Positions 48,703 through 58,453 of a stretch of 64,000 nt of DNA are shown here, piece by piece. The position numbers and the translations under genes were made by a program. Position 1 is the stretch's first letter, and the number at the start of each line of letters is the position of its first letter. The notes under the pieces were generated by a model, which made no database searches, was not told the origin of the DNA, and worked only from the letters and a program-made list of their open reading frames with translations. Source of the DNA: an uncultured Methanosarcinales archaeon (GTDB lineage Archaea > Nanobdellota > Nanobdellia > Woesearchaeales > JABIAG01); the NCBI GenBank assembly GCA_964561995.1, contig CAZLQZ010000003.1:5056-69055 (forward strand), written 5' to 3'.

Positions 48703-48901
48703 TTTGTAGTGCCAACACATAATTGCAAAATTCATAAGGTATTAATTCATTTTCCTGTTTTAAAATAATAATTAAAATATCATTTTCAAAACTTGCCTCT
48801 ATAAAATCTGAAAAATCTTTAATTCCTTGATTTATTGCTTCTTTATCGTAAAATAAAGCATTGAATTTAATTTTATATTTATTATCTTGTTTACAAATCA
48901 T
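48686..48901 (-). CDS. HxsD-like small protein
   Basis: FN..FY.KEAI...I.DF...EFCNYVLAL; lies in the hxs operon. Confidence 0.62.
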   Translation of the reverse strand: MICKQDNKYKIKFNALFYDKEAINQGIKDFSDFIEASFENDILIIILKQENELIPYEFCNYVLALQNDKEL

Positions 48902-49202
48902 CTTCAAATAATACCTCTTCAAAATAATCAGGATTGTTAGTTAAAACCGTTCTTGCAACAATTGTTTCTTTCAAATTTTTAGTTTTATCAAACTCATTGT
49001 AATAAAAAGAATAATTGATTAATTGATTTTTAAATTCTAATTCTAAATTTGATTCTTTTTTATTTTTAGGCATAAAATTAACCATTAATTCGTTTTTATC
49101 CCCATCAATTAAAAAATAAGCTTTATCTAAATATGAGTTAATAGCATTTCTAACTACTTTAATTGGAAAAATTTCTAAATTTACTTTAAATTGGAAAAAC
49201 AT
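48891..49202 (-). CDS. hxsD: His-Xaa-Ser system HxsD-like protein (copy 2)
   Basis: NSYLDKAYFLIDG...EFKNQLINY...TKNLKETIVART. Confidence 0.75.
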   Translation of the reverse strand: MFFQFKVNLEIFPIKVVRNAINSYLDKAYFLIDGDKNELMVNFMPKNKKESNLELEFKNQLINYSFYYNEFDKTKNLKETIVARTVLTNNPDYFEEVLFEDDL

Positions 49203-49279
49203 GATTAAAATCAAATTTATGACTATTTAAAGATATTCTTACCGAAATATATAAATACTAATAATTCATAAAGCAAAGT

Positions 49280-50029
49280 ATGCAAGTAATTATTGAAAAA
49301 AAAGCTAAATTTACAATGATTTTACTATCTTTAATTTTAATAGTTTTATTAGCAAACATCTCATTATCTAGTGAACCAGCATTTTATAATACCTTACAAC
49401 AAGTGGTAAGAAGCTCTCAAGAACTTGTAAGTGTTGATTTAAACGAGAATAATATAATTGACAGGGCTGAATTAGCCTATAGCTTTTCTGGAGGAAATTT
49501 TGAAAATACACCTGGAATATGTCCAAAAGAACATCTTTTAAAGGGTTTTCTTTCAACAGGTGAACCATATTGTGTTGTTGCAAAATGGAATTGTAATGTT
49601 GATGAAGATTCTAGAAGTTTTGTTTGCTTTTTTAGCGAGAGCGAAAGTGCAGATTTTGAGGTTATTGAAGTTGTTTTTTCAGCTGCAAAGAACACTTTAA
49701 ATTTCCCAGAAGAGGTTAGATTTTTAGAAAGCTTTGAAACCGAATCATTTAGTACAACTTTAAATTATTGCAAAAGTTCAGATACAAGTGTTGAAGCCGA
49801 TGAAATTTGTTTAACTGAAATTAATTTAGTAGGTTCAAATTTAATTATCGATGCAAAATATACTAGTATTGGAGCGTCATTTATTACCGACTTGGAAATG
49901 TCGGGTTCTTTAAATGGCAAATCATTCTCAGGATCAAGAGTTTTTGACGAATCAGCAAGAGGAACAGACAAACAAATACAATTTATATTTGACCTGGAAG
50001 AAAGTTCTAGACGCCACGGCGGGTGGTAG
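49280..50029 (+). CDS. Secreted protein with the shared EF-hand-like N-module
   Basis: Signal peptide; YNTLQQVV...SVDLNENNIIDRAE. Confidence 0.65.
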   Translation: MQVIIEKKAKFTMILLSLILIVLLANISLSSEPAFYNTLQQVVRSSQELVSVDLNENNIIDRAELAYSFSGGNFENTPGICPKEHLLKGFLSTGEPYCVVAKWNCNVDEDSRSFVCFFSESESADFEVIEVVFSAAKNTLNFPEEVRFLESFETESFSTTLNYCKSSDTSVEADEICLTEINLVGSNLIIDAKYTSIGASFITDLEMSGSLNGKSFSGSRVFDESARGTDKQIQFIFDLEESSRRHGGW

Positions 50030-50068
50030 AACAAATAAACAAGTACAATTTACATTTAACTTAGAATA

Positions 50069-50479
50069 ATGAAGAAAAAAATACTGATTTTTGGAATAGT
50101 AATGATTTTGATGGCTGCTTTTATTAATGCTAATAATCAAGCAACTCAGAATTTAAAAAATATAGTTACAATTGATGGACCAAGAATTAATTCAATTGAT
50201 GATGATAATGATGGAATTATTGATGAAGCTGACGAGGCCAATAGAGTTCATCCGGGCATAGTTGAATCATTAGGTAATTGTGATGATTCTCTTGCAACAG
50301 GAGTTGAGGAATCAGGAATTACCTGTAGAGAAGTAAATGACTTTTTAGATTGTGTTAATATTGAAGGAACTGGTCCCGGTGGAAATGGGTGGGTGTATAT
50401 CAATGTTGAATGTCCAGAAGGAAAACAATTAGTTAATTGGGAAGCAAGTAATAGAGATGGAAAGATACTTTGCTGTTAG
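50069..50479 (+). CDS. Small secreted Cys-containing protein with the shared EF-hand-like N-module
   Basis: Signal peptide; SIDDDNDGIIDEAD; ends ILCC. Confidence 0.65.
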   Translation: MKKKILIFGIVMILMAAFINANNQATQNLKNIVTIDGPRINSIDDDNDGIIDEADEANRVHPGIVESLGNCDDSLATGVEESGITCREVNDFLDCVNIEGTGPGGNGWVYINVECPEGKQLVNWEASNRDGKILCC

Positions 50480-50515
50480 CATAAAACTTATAATTAAAGA
50501 AATTTTTAATATTCT

Positions 50516-51460
50516 ATGATAAATCTAATTATAATATCAATACTTGGAATTATTATTAGTTATCAAGATTTTAAAAATGGAAAAATTAGAAATAAGTGGA
50601 TAATTTTAGGCATTATAGCAGGATTAATTATCAATTATTCATATTTTTTATATGATTTTTTAAATCATGTTTTTAATATAACCATATTGTATAGTTTCTT
50701 ATTAAATTCCTTAATTACCATCTTTCTAGGTTATTTATTATGGCATTTTAAATTTTGGAGTGCTGGTGATGGAAAACTGTTCATAATGTTTTCATTTTTA
50801 TTACCATTAGAATTTTACAAAAGCTTTTTTCCTTCATTTACAATCATATTTAATTCTATTGTTCCAATAGGAATTGTTCTTTTTTTAATGAGTCTTAATA
50901 AAAATAATTTTATAAATAGTAAAAAAGATTTAATTAAAGAATTTAATTTACTAAATATAATTGAAAGTTTGATTTTGATTGTTGGATTTTATTGGGGTAT
51001 TTCCCAAACTTTATTTTTTATTAATGAAGTATTAAAATACTTCTTTGTTGCTCTATTGGTTATATTCTTAAAACACAAATTTAATAAAATAATTTATGCA
51101 GGGATTGTTTTAGTTATTATTAGAACCTTTTTTGAAAATATCCTTAGTTTTGATTTTATAATTCAAACAATAATAATATTTGTTATTTTTCATGCTACTA
51201 GAAGCATAATAATCCCATTAACAAATAATCAATATGTTAAAAAAACAAAAATTGAAAAATTAAAACCAGGCATGTATTTAGAAAAATGGTCATCTAGCTT
51301 AAATACTGAAGATATAAAAGAATTAAACAAAAAAAATCTAAAAGAAGTAAATGTTGTTGAAACTATGCCTTTTGCAATTTATCTTTTTATTGGAACACTT
51401 TTAACCATCATATTACAAACTGACTTGTTATCTTTTTTAATAAAGTTTTTTTTTAGTTAA
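50516..51460 (+). CDS. A24-family prepilin peptidase (long, EppA-like)
   Basis: YQDFKNGKIRN (first Asp), AGDGKL (second Asp), C-terminal MPFA; ~10 TM helices. Confidence 0.88.
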   Translation: MINLIIISILGIIISYQDFKNGKIRNKWIILGIIAGLIINYSYFLYDFLNHVFNITILYSFLLNSLITIFLGYLLWHFKFWSAGDGKLFIMFSFLLPLEFYKSFFPSFTIIFNSIVPIGIVLFLMSLNKNNFINSKKDLIKEFNLLNIIESLILIVGFYWGISQTLFFINEVLKYFFVALLVIFLKHKFNKIIYAGIVLVIIRTFFENILSFDFIIQTIIIFVIFHATRSIIIPLTNNQYVKKTKIEKLKPGMYLEKWSSSLNTEDIKELNKKNLKEVNVVETMPFAIYLFIGTLLTIILQTDLLSFLIKFFFS

Positions 51461-51778
51461 AAGTCTATCAAAAGACTTTAAGAATGTTGCATCTTCTTTT
51501 TCAAAAGAAAGAATTTGCGTTTTCACTTTATACTTTTTGCACAATTTATTATTTTGTTGCATTCTGCCAAAGACGATTGCTTTGTTTTCAGATTTTATCC
51601 AATCGGAAAAAGAAAATCCAATGATGTCATGTTTTTGCTTAGCAATCTTTGCTAAAACTTGATTCATACCCGAATTTCTATGAAAAATAAAATCTTTTCT
51701 TTTACTAAATTCTAAATAGTATATTAATTGATTACCTTTTTCAAATGTCTTTCTATCATTTCCTGTAGCTTTATACAT
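51437..51778 (-). CDS. rnp3: RNase P protein Rpp30-like (short form)
   Basis: KD..F.RNSG.NQVLAK.A......IGFSF...GRM.QN.KLCKKYKV. Confidence 0.68.
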   Translation of the reverse strand: MYKATGNDRKTFEKGNQLIYYLEFSKRKDFIFHRNSGMNQVLAKIAKQKHDIIGFSFSDWIKSENKAIVFGRMQQNNKLCKKYKVKTQILSFEKEDATFLKSFDRLLTKKKLY

Positions 51779-51816
51779 AATTATAATAAAATATACTTTA
51801 GAATATAAAAAGCTAG

Positions 51817-52530
51817 CTAAAAATCGTGCCTTTTACTAAAATAATTTCTCAACCAAAATATCATCAAAATAATAAAAATAGGAATTAAACCAAACAAAAC
51901 AAATTGATTAAAAACCGCATAAAGATACAAATAAACATAAAAAAACATACCAATAGTCAAGTATATAAAAAGAAACTCATGCACTTTTAAACCCTTTTTT
52001 ATTGCTATTATAAGAGCTTTTTTGAAACTTTTATGTTTGATATAATGCAATTGAAAAAAGGTACTAAAATGAGAAAAAAAGATCCCTAAGTAAACCGCAA
52101 CAATTAAACCAGAATAATGAAATTGTAGTACAAAAAAACCTTCTAAGATAATTAAAGCTAAGAATAAAATAAAATTAATAAAAAAATATTTTACAAATCC
52201 TTTCTTATGAAAATTTTGTTCTAAAATATTGTTCCAAATTAAGTATTTGAACAAAGAATATATCCCTGAAGCAATAAAAGCAAAAATTATTGTCCCTAAA
52301 ATTAAAGAAATATATATTTGAAAGATTTCGGGATTATTATTTGTTAAAAAAGAAAAATCAATAAAAGGTTTAGATGAAAAAGCTAAATTCAAAGTTAATC
52401 TTAAAAAAAAATATCCAACAACAATTAAAATCGCAAACATAATACAATCATAAGCTAAAGCCAAATAATTATTCCTTTTGAATTTGAAACTTTTTTTCAA
52501 ATATCTTAATTCGTCTCTTATATAACTCAT
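51817..52530 (-). CDS. Polytopic membrane protein
   Basis: ~6 hydrophobic helices; start reset to MSYIR. Confidence 0.65.
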   Translation of the reverse strand: MSYIRDELRYLKKSFKFKRNNYLALAYDCIMFAILIVVGYFFLRLTLNLAFSSKPFIDFSFLTNNNPEIFQIYISLILGTIIFAFIASGIYSLFKYLIWNNILEQNFHKKGFVKYFFINFILFLALIILEGFFVLQFHYSGLIVAVYLGIFFSHFSTFFQLHYIKHKSFKKALIIAIKKGLKVHEFLFIYLTIGMFFYVYLYLYAVFNQFVLFGLIPIFIILMIFWLRNYFSKRHDF

Positions 52531-52531
52531 T

Positions 52532-55500
52532 TTAATTGTAAATTTGTTGACATACTGTTCCTGAATCGCCAAATGTAGTATCTGTTGTTGATATACATAT
52601 TTCACTATAATTGGTAGGTAAAGCTATTGTTTTTGAATCGATAGTATTTTGACCAGAAAGAAGAATACCATCGTCTCCTTCAATAATGTTTAATCTATCT
52701 GTTTGATTAATTAAATATATTTCAAAATATAAATTTAATCTACAAGCGTATGCGTCATAATTAATATCATAAACAAAATCATCTCCCGAAGTTGTTACCC
52801 CTATATTTTTTATTCTTATTACCGTTTCATCACTAGTAATACATGGCGGAACTTCTACAATTTCAGTATTTATTGTTTGGTTTGCACAAGTTGGATAACA
52901 ACTTAAATCGGTAAAACAAGCTTGATCGGGTGGAAGTCCATTACATCCATTATAATCGCATTGATTATCATTATCATTATCGATACCATCTTGACATTGT
53001 GATGTTCCATCATCTTCCCTATCATCTTGTGAATTAGTACAACCGGGGTCATCTAAATCAATAAGTAAATCATTATCATTATCAAGTCCATCTTGACATT
53101 GAGTAGTTGCTGCAGCTTCATTATTATCGGTATTTCTACTACAGCCAGGATCACCCGGTAAATCAATTCCATCAATAGTACAACCATTAACATCACAACT
53201 TCCATCTCCATCGTTATCGATACCATCTTGACATTCTGAAGTTTCAGGATATTCATCATCATCCCAAGCATCTTCACAGCCAGGATCATCTAAATCAATC
53301 AAATCGTCACCATCATCATCAATTTGATTACTACATTTAGTTTGACCAAATTGGAAACATAGTGGTTGGTTATCAACACTTTCGTCAGAAACATAAATAC
53401 AAAACTCATTAAAAGAAAGCGAGCTTTCATAAATATCATTATCTGTTAATCTATAACCTGTACTAAGGATAGTTGAATGAAGTTCTTCAATTAAAATATC
53501 TTGTCCAGTAAAAGACATTTGAGATATTTCTACTTGTTGTGAGCTTTCATCTTTTATACACATAAATGAATCACCATCATAATTTCCCGCAGAAACGTAA
53601 CCAGACTCACAAACATCACCTAATTTAGGAATAAAAGTAGTTACAGATCTTTGAACACAAAGGCTTTTGTTATCTACATCTCCCTTATTAACAAAATTAA
53701 TAGGGCACTCGTTGGTAATTTGAAAATAAGGAACAAACTCGGGCAATATGCAAAAGTTGAAACCTTCCTTGGTTTGGTATTCAACCCCATAATCACTAGG
53801 ACAAGTTTGATACCTAATTTGTACTAAATCTTTAGTTGTTGTAAAATTAACAACATTTGAATCAATTAATCCTGAACCTGAAACAAACCTATTCCTAAAA
53901 TATACATCTACAAAAACATCTTCATTGCATGAAAAAATATCATAATCGTATTGATATTTGTAAATGCCACCTTCAAAAGTTTTTGAACCAGCATTTCCAA
54001 TGATATCAGTTGTAAATGAATCCATACAAGATTCTGGCCTAAATCTAACGCCCAAATCTAATAAACCGCCACACAGTTTTTGAGGTTCATGTAACATATT
54101 TTCATCAATAGAATAATAAGTATAGCCATCGGGTCCAATTACAGAACCATCTTCATTAATATCATAATCATTTCCATCTCGATCTTCACCAGTATCTGTG
54201 TCTACATTGCCCCAAGGTGTGGTTACTGTTGCAAAACCAGTTATTGATGTAAAAGCACCAGTTAAAGCATGTAAACTTGGTACACTTAAAAAAGTTAAAT
54301 CAACTTCAATTTCTCCATTTTCAGATTTATCTTTTGCGGGAGTTGGAAAATCTTTTTCTTTAGTATAATTATTGCCTGCAAGTTTTACTTTTACATTAAC
54401 ATTTTTGACATAACTATCTCCGCCTTGATCATATTTAAGTTTAAGTTGAATGTTATTCCTATTAACAATTATTTGATCTAAACAAACTTCATCAATTATA
54501 TCTCTATCATTGTCGAGACTACATTCGTCCAAGTTTTTAGTAAAGGGTATTTTTGTAATATATGCTTGATAAAAAATTGAATCAGGAGTATTATTTTCTC
54601 TACCAACAATATCTGTAAAATTTAATTCAATTTCTAATCTTTGAGGTGGAGCAGTAATACCTTGAGGTACTTCAAAAACCTCTACTTCAGAAGTTGGTGT
54701 TGATGCTTTTCTTGAATTTGAATCATATAACACAGTTTTAATATCATGAGTTCCTTTTGTTAAATTGACTTTTATCATTTTTGAACTATTAGTTTCAACA
54801 TTCCCAATTTGAATTGACTGCTTACCATCATAAACTACATAAGTTAAATTACTTTCATCATTATGATTAACAAAAATTCTAAAATTAAACTCGGGTAAAG
54901 AAATCATTTCTTGTTCTAATGTTGAAGTTATTGTAAAATCTGATACATTTACTTCGATTGTTTTACTATCGTGATGTAAATTACCATCCAAATCTTCCAA
55001 TTTAATATACAGTTCATGAATTCCATCTTCCAGAGGAGTTGGAATCGTCAAAGTATTATTTGCAGGCATATAACCCCACGCAAGATTATTACTATCTTCA
55101 TCTAAATAAACTTTATACCTTAATATTTTACTTTGATTGTCGGATGCATTTATTACTAAATCAAAATTAGGGGTGTTGATTTTTTCTCCATTAAAGGGAC
55201 TTATTATTTCAACAATAGGCTTAATTCTGGTTTGAAAATAATCCTTACTTCTATCAACTGGTGTTTCAATGTAATCACAAAAATTCTTAGTAAAAGAAGA
55301 ATCAATAATTGTGGTTTCTCGTTTGGGAACAAATGTGCTACTTGTTGTTACAATGTTTCCTTCTTGATGACAGAAGTCTTCATCTTCATCTAAAATAATA
55401 ATTAAGTCATTATTTTCCATAGTAAATTTGCACTGTCCTTCATAAAATGAAACAGGTTGGGTATCTACTGCATCTAAATAATGATATATTTCATAATCAA

Positions 55501-56383
55501 AAAGTAAAGCAGAATTATTTCTTAATAAATTAGACATCAATCCTAAAGATTTTTCATTAATATTTACATAGTCTAAATTTGACTTTTTTGCAAAAATAAT
55601 ATTTGTTCTATTTTTACTTGAATTCCAAAATGGCGAAGAAGGAATACAAGAAGTTGGTGATAAGAAAAAAACATTTGGATTGCCCTTAGGTTCATTATTA
55701 ATCAAAGTTTGAATTTTTACACGTTCCATTTTCCAGATCATAGGATGATCAGATGAATCCCAAGTTCCAGAATATGTTAAATCATTAGCATAATTATCTT
55801 CATTTAAACCAAAATCATAAATTCTAAAAGTATCATTATAATATCTTGTTGTTAATCTTACTTGAACGTGATCTTGTTCTTTCATTAAGTTCGATTCAAT
55901 TTTAAACAAATCGTTAATTTTACCTGAAAAAGGTGTTGGAGTTATTGAAAGTACACCATCGGTGTCTACAAACATATAGCCCCCTTGATCAGCAGGCCAA
56001 GGTGGTGCAACTAAACATTCCCGGTATTGTTGACATTCTCTACCTTGAATAAAATCATTTCCTTCACGGTCACAATAGTTCTTAGCATAATTAGTATAAC
56101 AATACCCTTCATCATCAATACAGCATCCAATATTGCATTCATCTAAATCAAAACAAGACTCTTGATCATGAAAAAAATTGCTTGGACAATCTGTAAAAGA
56201 AGTTTCTGTACATGTTAAATCACAACAACCATGATTTGGTAAAACAACATTTCCAGTAATTTGTTGTTTAGGTTTTAATGTAAATGAAAAAGAAACTAGT
56301 ATTATTGCGAGTATTGTTAAAGATATAATTATCTTATTTGTTCTATTAATTCCCTTTCCGTTTTTCTTTTTATTCTTAGTCAT
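52532..56383 (-). CDS. Large surface protein with Cys-rich, Ig-like and CxDGxDNDxD Ca-binding repeats
   Basis: N-terminal TM followed by ITGNVV; GCC repeats; Ig-like modules; 4x C.DG.DND.D...D..DPGC; ATGA overlap with the upstream gene. Confidence 0.78.
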   Translation of the reverse strand: MTKNKKKNGKGINRTNKIIISLTILAIILVSFSFTLKPKQQITGNVVLPNHGCCDLTCTETSFTDCPSNFFHDQESCFDLDECNIGCCIDDEGYCYTNYAKNYCDREGNDFIQGRECQQYRECLVAPPWPADQGGYMFVDTDGVLSITPTPFSGKINDLFKIESNLMKEQDHVQVRLTTRYYNDTFRIYDFGLNEDNYANDLTYSGTWDSSDHPMIWKMERVKIQTLINNEPKGNPNVFFLSPTSCIPSSPFWNSSKNRTNIIFAKKSNLDYVNINEKSLGLMSNLLRNNSALLFDYEIYHYLDAVDTQPVSFYEGQCKFTMENNDLIIILDEDEDFCHQEGNIVTTSSTFVPKRETTIIDSSFTKNFCDYIETPVDRSKDYFQTRIKPIVEIISPFNGEKINTPNFDLVINASDNQSKILRYKVYLDEDSNNLAWGYMPANNTLTIPTPLEDGIHELYIKLEDLDGNLHHDSKTIEVNVSDFTITSTLEQEMISLPEFNFRIFVNHNDESNLTYVVYDGKQSIQIGNVETNSSKMIKVNLTKGTHDIKTVLYDSNSRKASTPTSEVEVFEVPQGITAPPQRLEIELNFTDIVGRENNTPDSIFYQAYITKIPFTKNLDECSLDNDRDIIDEVCLDQIIVNRNNIQLKLKYDQGGDSYVKNVNVKVKLAGNNYTKEKDFPTPAKDKSENGEIEVDLTFLSVPSLHALTGAFTSITGFATVTTPWGNVDTDTGEDRDGNDYDINEDGSVIGPDGYTYYSIDENMLHEPQKLCGGLLDLGVRFRPESCMDSFTTDIIGNAGSKTFEGGIYKYQYDYDIFSCNEDVFVDVYFRNRFVSGSGLIDSNVVNFTTTKDLVQIRYQTCPSDYGVEYQTKEGFNFCILPEFVPYFQITNECPINFVNKGDVDNKSLCVQRSVTTFIPKLGDVCESGYVSAGNYDGDSFMCIKDESSQQVEISQMSFTGQDILIEELHSTILSTGYRLTDNDIYESSLSFNEFCIYVSDESVDNQPLCFQFGQTKCSNQIDDDGDDLIDLDDPGCEDAWDDDEYPETSECQDGIDNDGDGSCDVNGCTIDGIDLPGDPGCSRNTDNNEAAATTQCQDGLDNDNDLLIDLDDPGCTNSQDDREDDGTSQCQDGIDNDNDNQCDYNGCNGLPPDQACFTDLSCYPTCANQTINTEIVEVPPCITSDETVIRIKNIGVTTSGDDFVYDINYDAYACRLNLYFEIYLINQTDRLNIIEGDDGILLSGQNTIDSKTIALPTNYSEICISTTDTTFGDSGTVCQQIYN
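52905..53345 (-). repeat. Four tandem QCQDGIDND.D..IDLDDPGC repeats
   Basis: Repeated CCATCTTGACATT and TCATCTAAATCAAT at DNA level. Confidence 0.8.
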
Positions 56384-58203
56384 TTGTAATAAGCCGTACA
56401 TGTTAAATCACATGAATAACATTTAAAATTTCCCGTTTCACACTCTTCAGCTACCGCTACGAGTTGTTGTGTCTCACCTGCATAAACTGTAAATTCCTTT
56501 GTTGAATCTGAAGGAATTTGTTCACCGTTTAATTCACCATATCCAGAATCCAGTTTACTACCTCCTTTACACACAACTTCAACTATTTGATCGCAAGTAG
56601 GAATAAAGTTAACGTAAGTATCTCCTCCATCATAATCCTGTGCTCCAAAGGCTGTTAATCCTACAGAAGCTACACCCATAATTATAGCAATACCGCCTAT
56701 ATAAGCTGCTGCCGTTGCAGCAACACCAACAAATCCGCCAGCCGCCGCTACAACAGTTCCTGAAAGAGTACCTAGAAGAGCAACATCTGCCATATTCACT
56801 AATACTGTATATAAAGCTCCCCCAAAACCAATAGTAGCAATAATTAAAATTATAACAATAATTATCAAAATAGGTAATAATGTATCCATTATGGCACTTA
56901 TTGCACACAATAAACTTTTTTTAGGTTTACTTTTAGACTTTACAGAAACTTCTTTACAAGGTTGTCTATTACAATCTATTGGTGAATATTCAGAAAATCC
57001 AGTGATATCAGCAAAAACAAAACTATTATTGTAATCGACATCTGTAATTAAAGGACGCCATTCGTAATCTGATAAAGGTCCACGATATAATATTCCCATA
57101 GGTCCTAAATTAGGAATCTTATCATCATCCCAATAAATTGCTAAACGTTGTGGAAAAACATTGCCCGTTGAATCTGTAAACTTGGTACCATCTGGACCAA
57201 ATTGATAAATTGGATAATTCAAATACCAAGTTATATTTTCTTTTATTTTTGGACCAGGTTTAAGTCCACCTTTTATTGTATATTCCACATGAGATATAAC
57301 TTCCCTTGTGGAATTTTTATCATATTCTTGCCATACTTCTAAAAAATTACTATCAACATTTACTCCCCTTTGTAAAAATAATTGAGCCATTCTATCGGGA
57401 CTGTAAACAACAAAAGTCATAAAAAAGTCTAAAGCTTCAGGAGATACATCGACAGTTCTTTTCAAATAACTTCTATTCAAATTAGTTGCAAAATTAAAAA
57501 TATATTTATTATTTTGTTCAAGTTCTACATCATCAATAACAGTAAATAACAAATTATTTTCATCATTTAAAGTATAATTAATTTTAAAATCCCTTGAATC
57601 TACTAGTTGGAAAGGTTGCCTATAATCAAAAGAAGGAATAAAATGTGCATTAACCATTTCTCTTGCTCTTTCATATACTCTTCTATATCTAACATTTAAA
57701 ACATTTTCAAAACTATCAATTGTTTTTTGCTTATCTTGTTGAGTTACTTTTAAGGGATAATTTAATTTTATTATTACTTCTTCGGCAGAATAATCTATTG
57801 TTGAATTAGCACTTCCAGTTTCAACATTATAACCTACAAAAGAACTATAATCTACACAATTTTCAAAATTATTATTAAACCAAATTTGGAATTCATCAAT
57901 TGATGAATTTAATATTGGCATAACATTAGCATATTGATAAATCCAATATGAAGTGCCGTTAACTTCCAAAACACCAGGAACATCAATATAATTACCATTT
58001 TTACCCAACAAATCTAGCCCTTCTCTACCGACTTTACTGATACAATTATCAATCATAAACTCAATTCCCCTTGCATCTACTTCTCCTTTGAAAACTACTT
58101 TGTCATCATTATTAACTAAAGCCACATAAAAAACTAATCCAGCTACAACTAACAAAATCAATCCCATGATTATAAACAATGTTACTTGTGCTTTATTTTT
58201 CAT
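56380..58203 (-). CDS. Large pilin-like protein with an internal hydrophobic Gly/Ala-rich region
   Basis: KNKA|QVTLFIIMG; ~90-aa hydrophobic block near the C-terminus. Confidence 0.75.
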   Translation of the reverse strand: MKNKAQVTLFIIMGLILLVVAGLVFYVALVNNDDKVVFKGEVDARGIEFMIDNCISKVGREGLDLLGKNGNYIDVPGVLEVNGTSYWIYQYANVMPILNSSIDEFQIWFNNNFENCVDYSSFVGYNVETGSANSTIDYSAEEVIIKLNYPLKVTQQDKQKTIDSFENVLNVRYRRVYERAREMVNAHFIPSFDYRQPFQLVDSRDFKINYTLNDENNLLFTVIDDVELEQNNKYIFNFATNLNRSYLKRTVDVSPEALDFFMTFVVYSPDRMAQLFLQRGVNVDSNFLEVWQEYDKNSTREVISHVEYTIKGGLKPGPKIKENITWYLNYPIYQFGPDGTKFTDSTGNVFPQRLAIYWDDDKIPNLGPMGILYRGPLSDYEWRPLITDVDYNNSFVFADITGFSEYSPIDCNRQPCKEVSVKSKSKPKKSLLCAISAIMDTLLPILIIIVIILIIATIGFGGALYTVLVNMADVALLGTLSGTVVAAAGGFVGVAATAAAYIGGIAIIMGVASVGLTAFGAQDYDGGDTYVNFIPTCDQIVEVVCKGGSKLDSGYGELNGEQIPSDSTKEFTVYAGETQQLVAVAEECETGNFKCYSCDLTCTAYYK

Positions 58204-58453
58204 TTTTTATAGTTATTATATGTTTTACAAACAAATGATTTTTATTCAATGAATAGAGATTAGTAGGTCCTATTTTTCTAACAAAAAGAATTTTATTTTT
58301 AACAAGTAATTTCAACCATTTTACGGCGGTGGCTTTAGCCAAACTTACTTTTTTAATTAACTCAACTTGAGAAAATTCTCCAGAATTATCTAGAAAAAAC
58401 AATACAAGATCCATAACTTTTTTATTACCTAAAAGTTCAATTGATTGAACCAA
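58193..58453 (-). CDS. Winged-helix HTH transcription regulator
   Basis: FSQVELIKKVSLAKATAVKWLKLL....L.VRKIG.TNLYSLN; TTG start uncertain. Confidence 0.75.
   Translation of the reverse strand: MVQSIELLGNKKVMDLVLFFLDNSGEFSQVELIKKVSLAKATAVKWLKLLVKNKILFVRKIGPTNLYSLNKNHLFVKHIITIKNEK

Noticed and set aside
52905..53345. Direct repeats as a possible CRISPR array
   Set aside because: Degenerate coding repeats of a Ca-binding motif.
18453..56908. Many short nested ORFs (60-110 aa) inside large genes
   Set aside because: Alternate-frame or antisense artefacts of biased codon usage.
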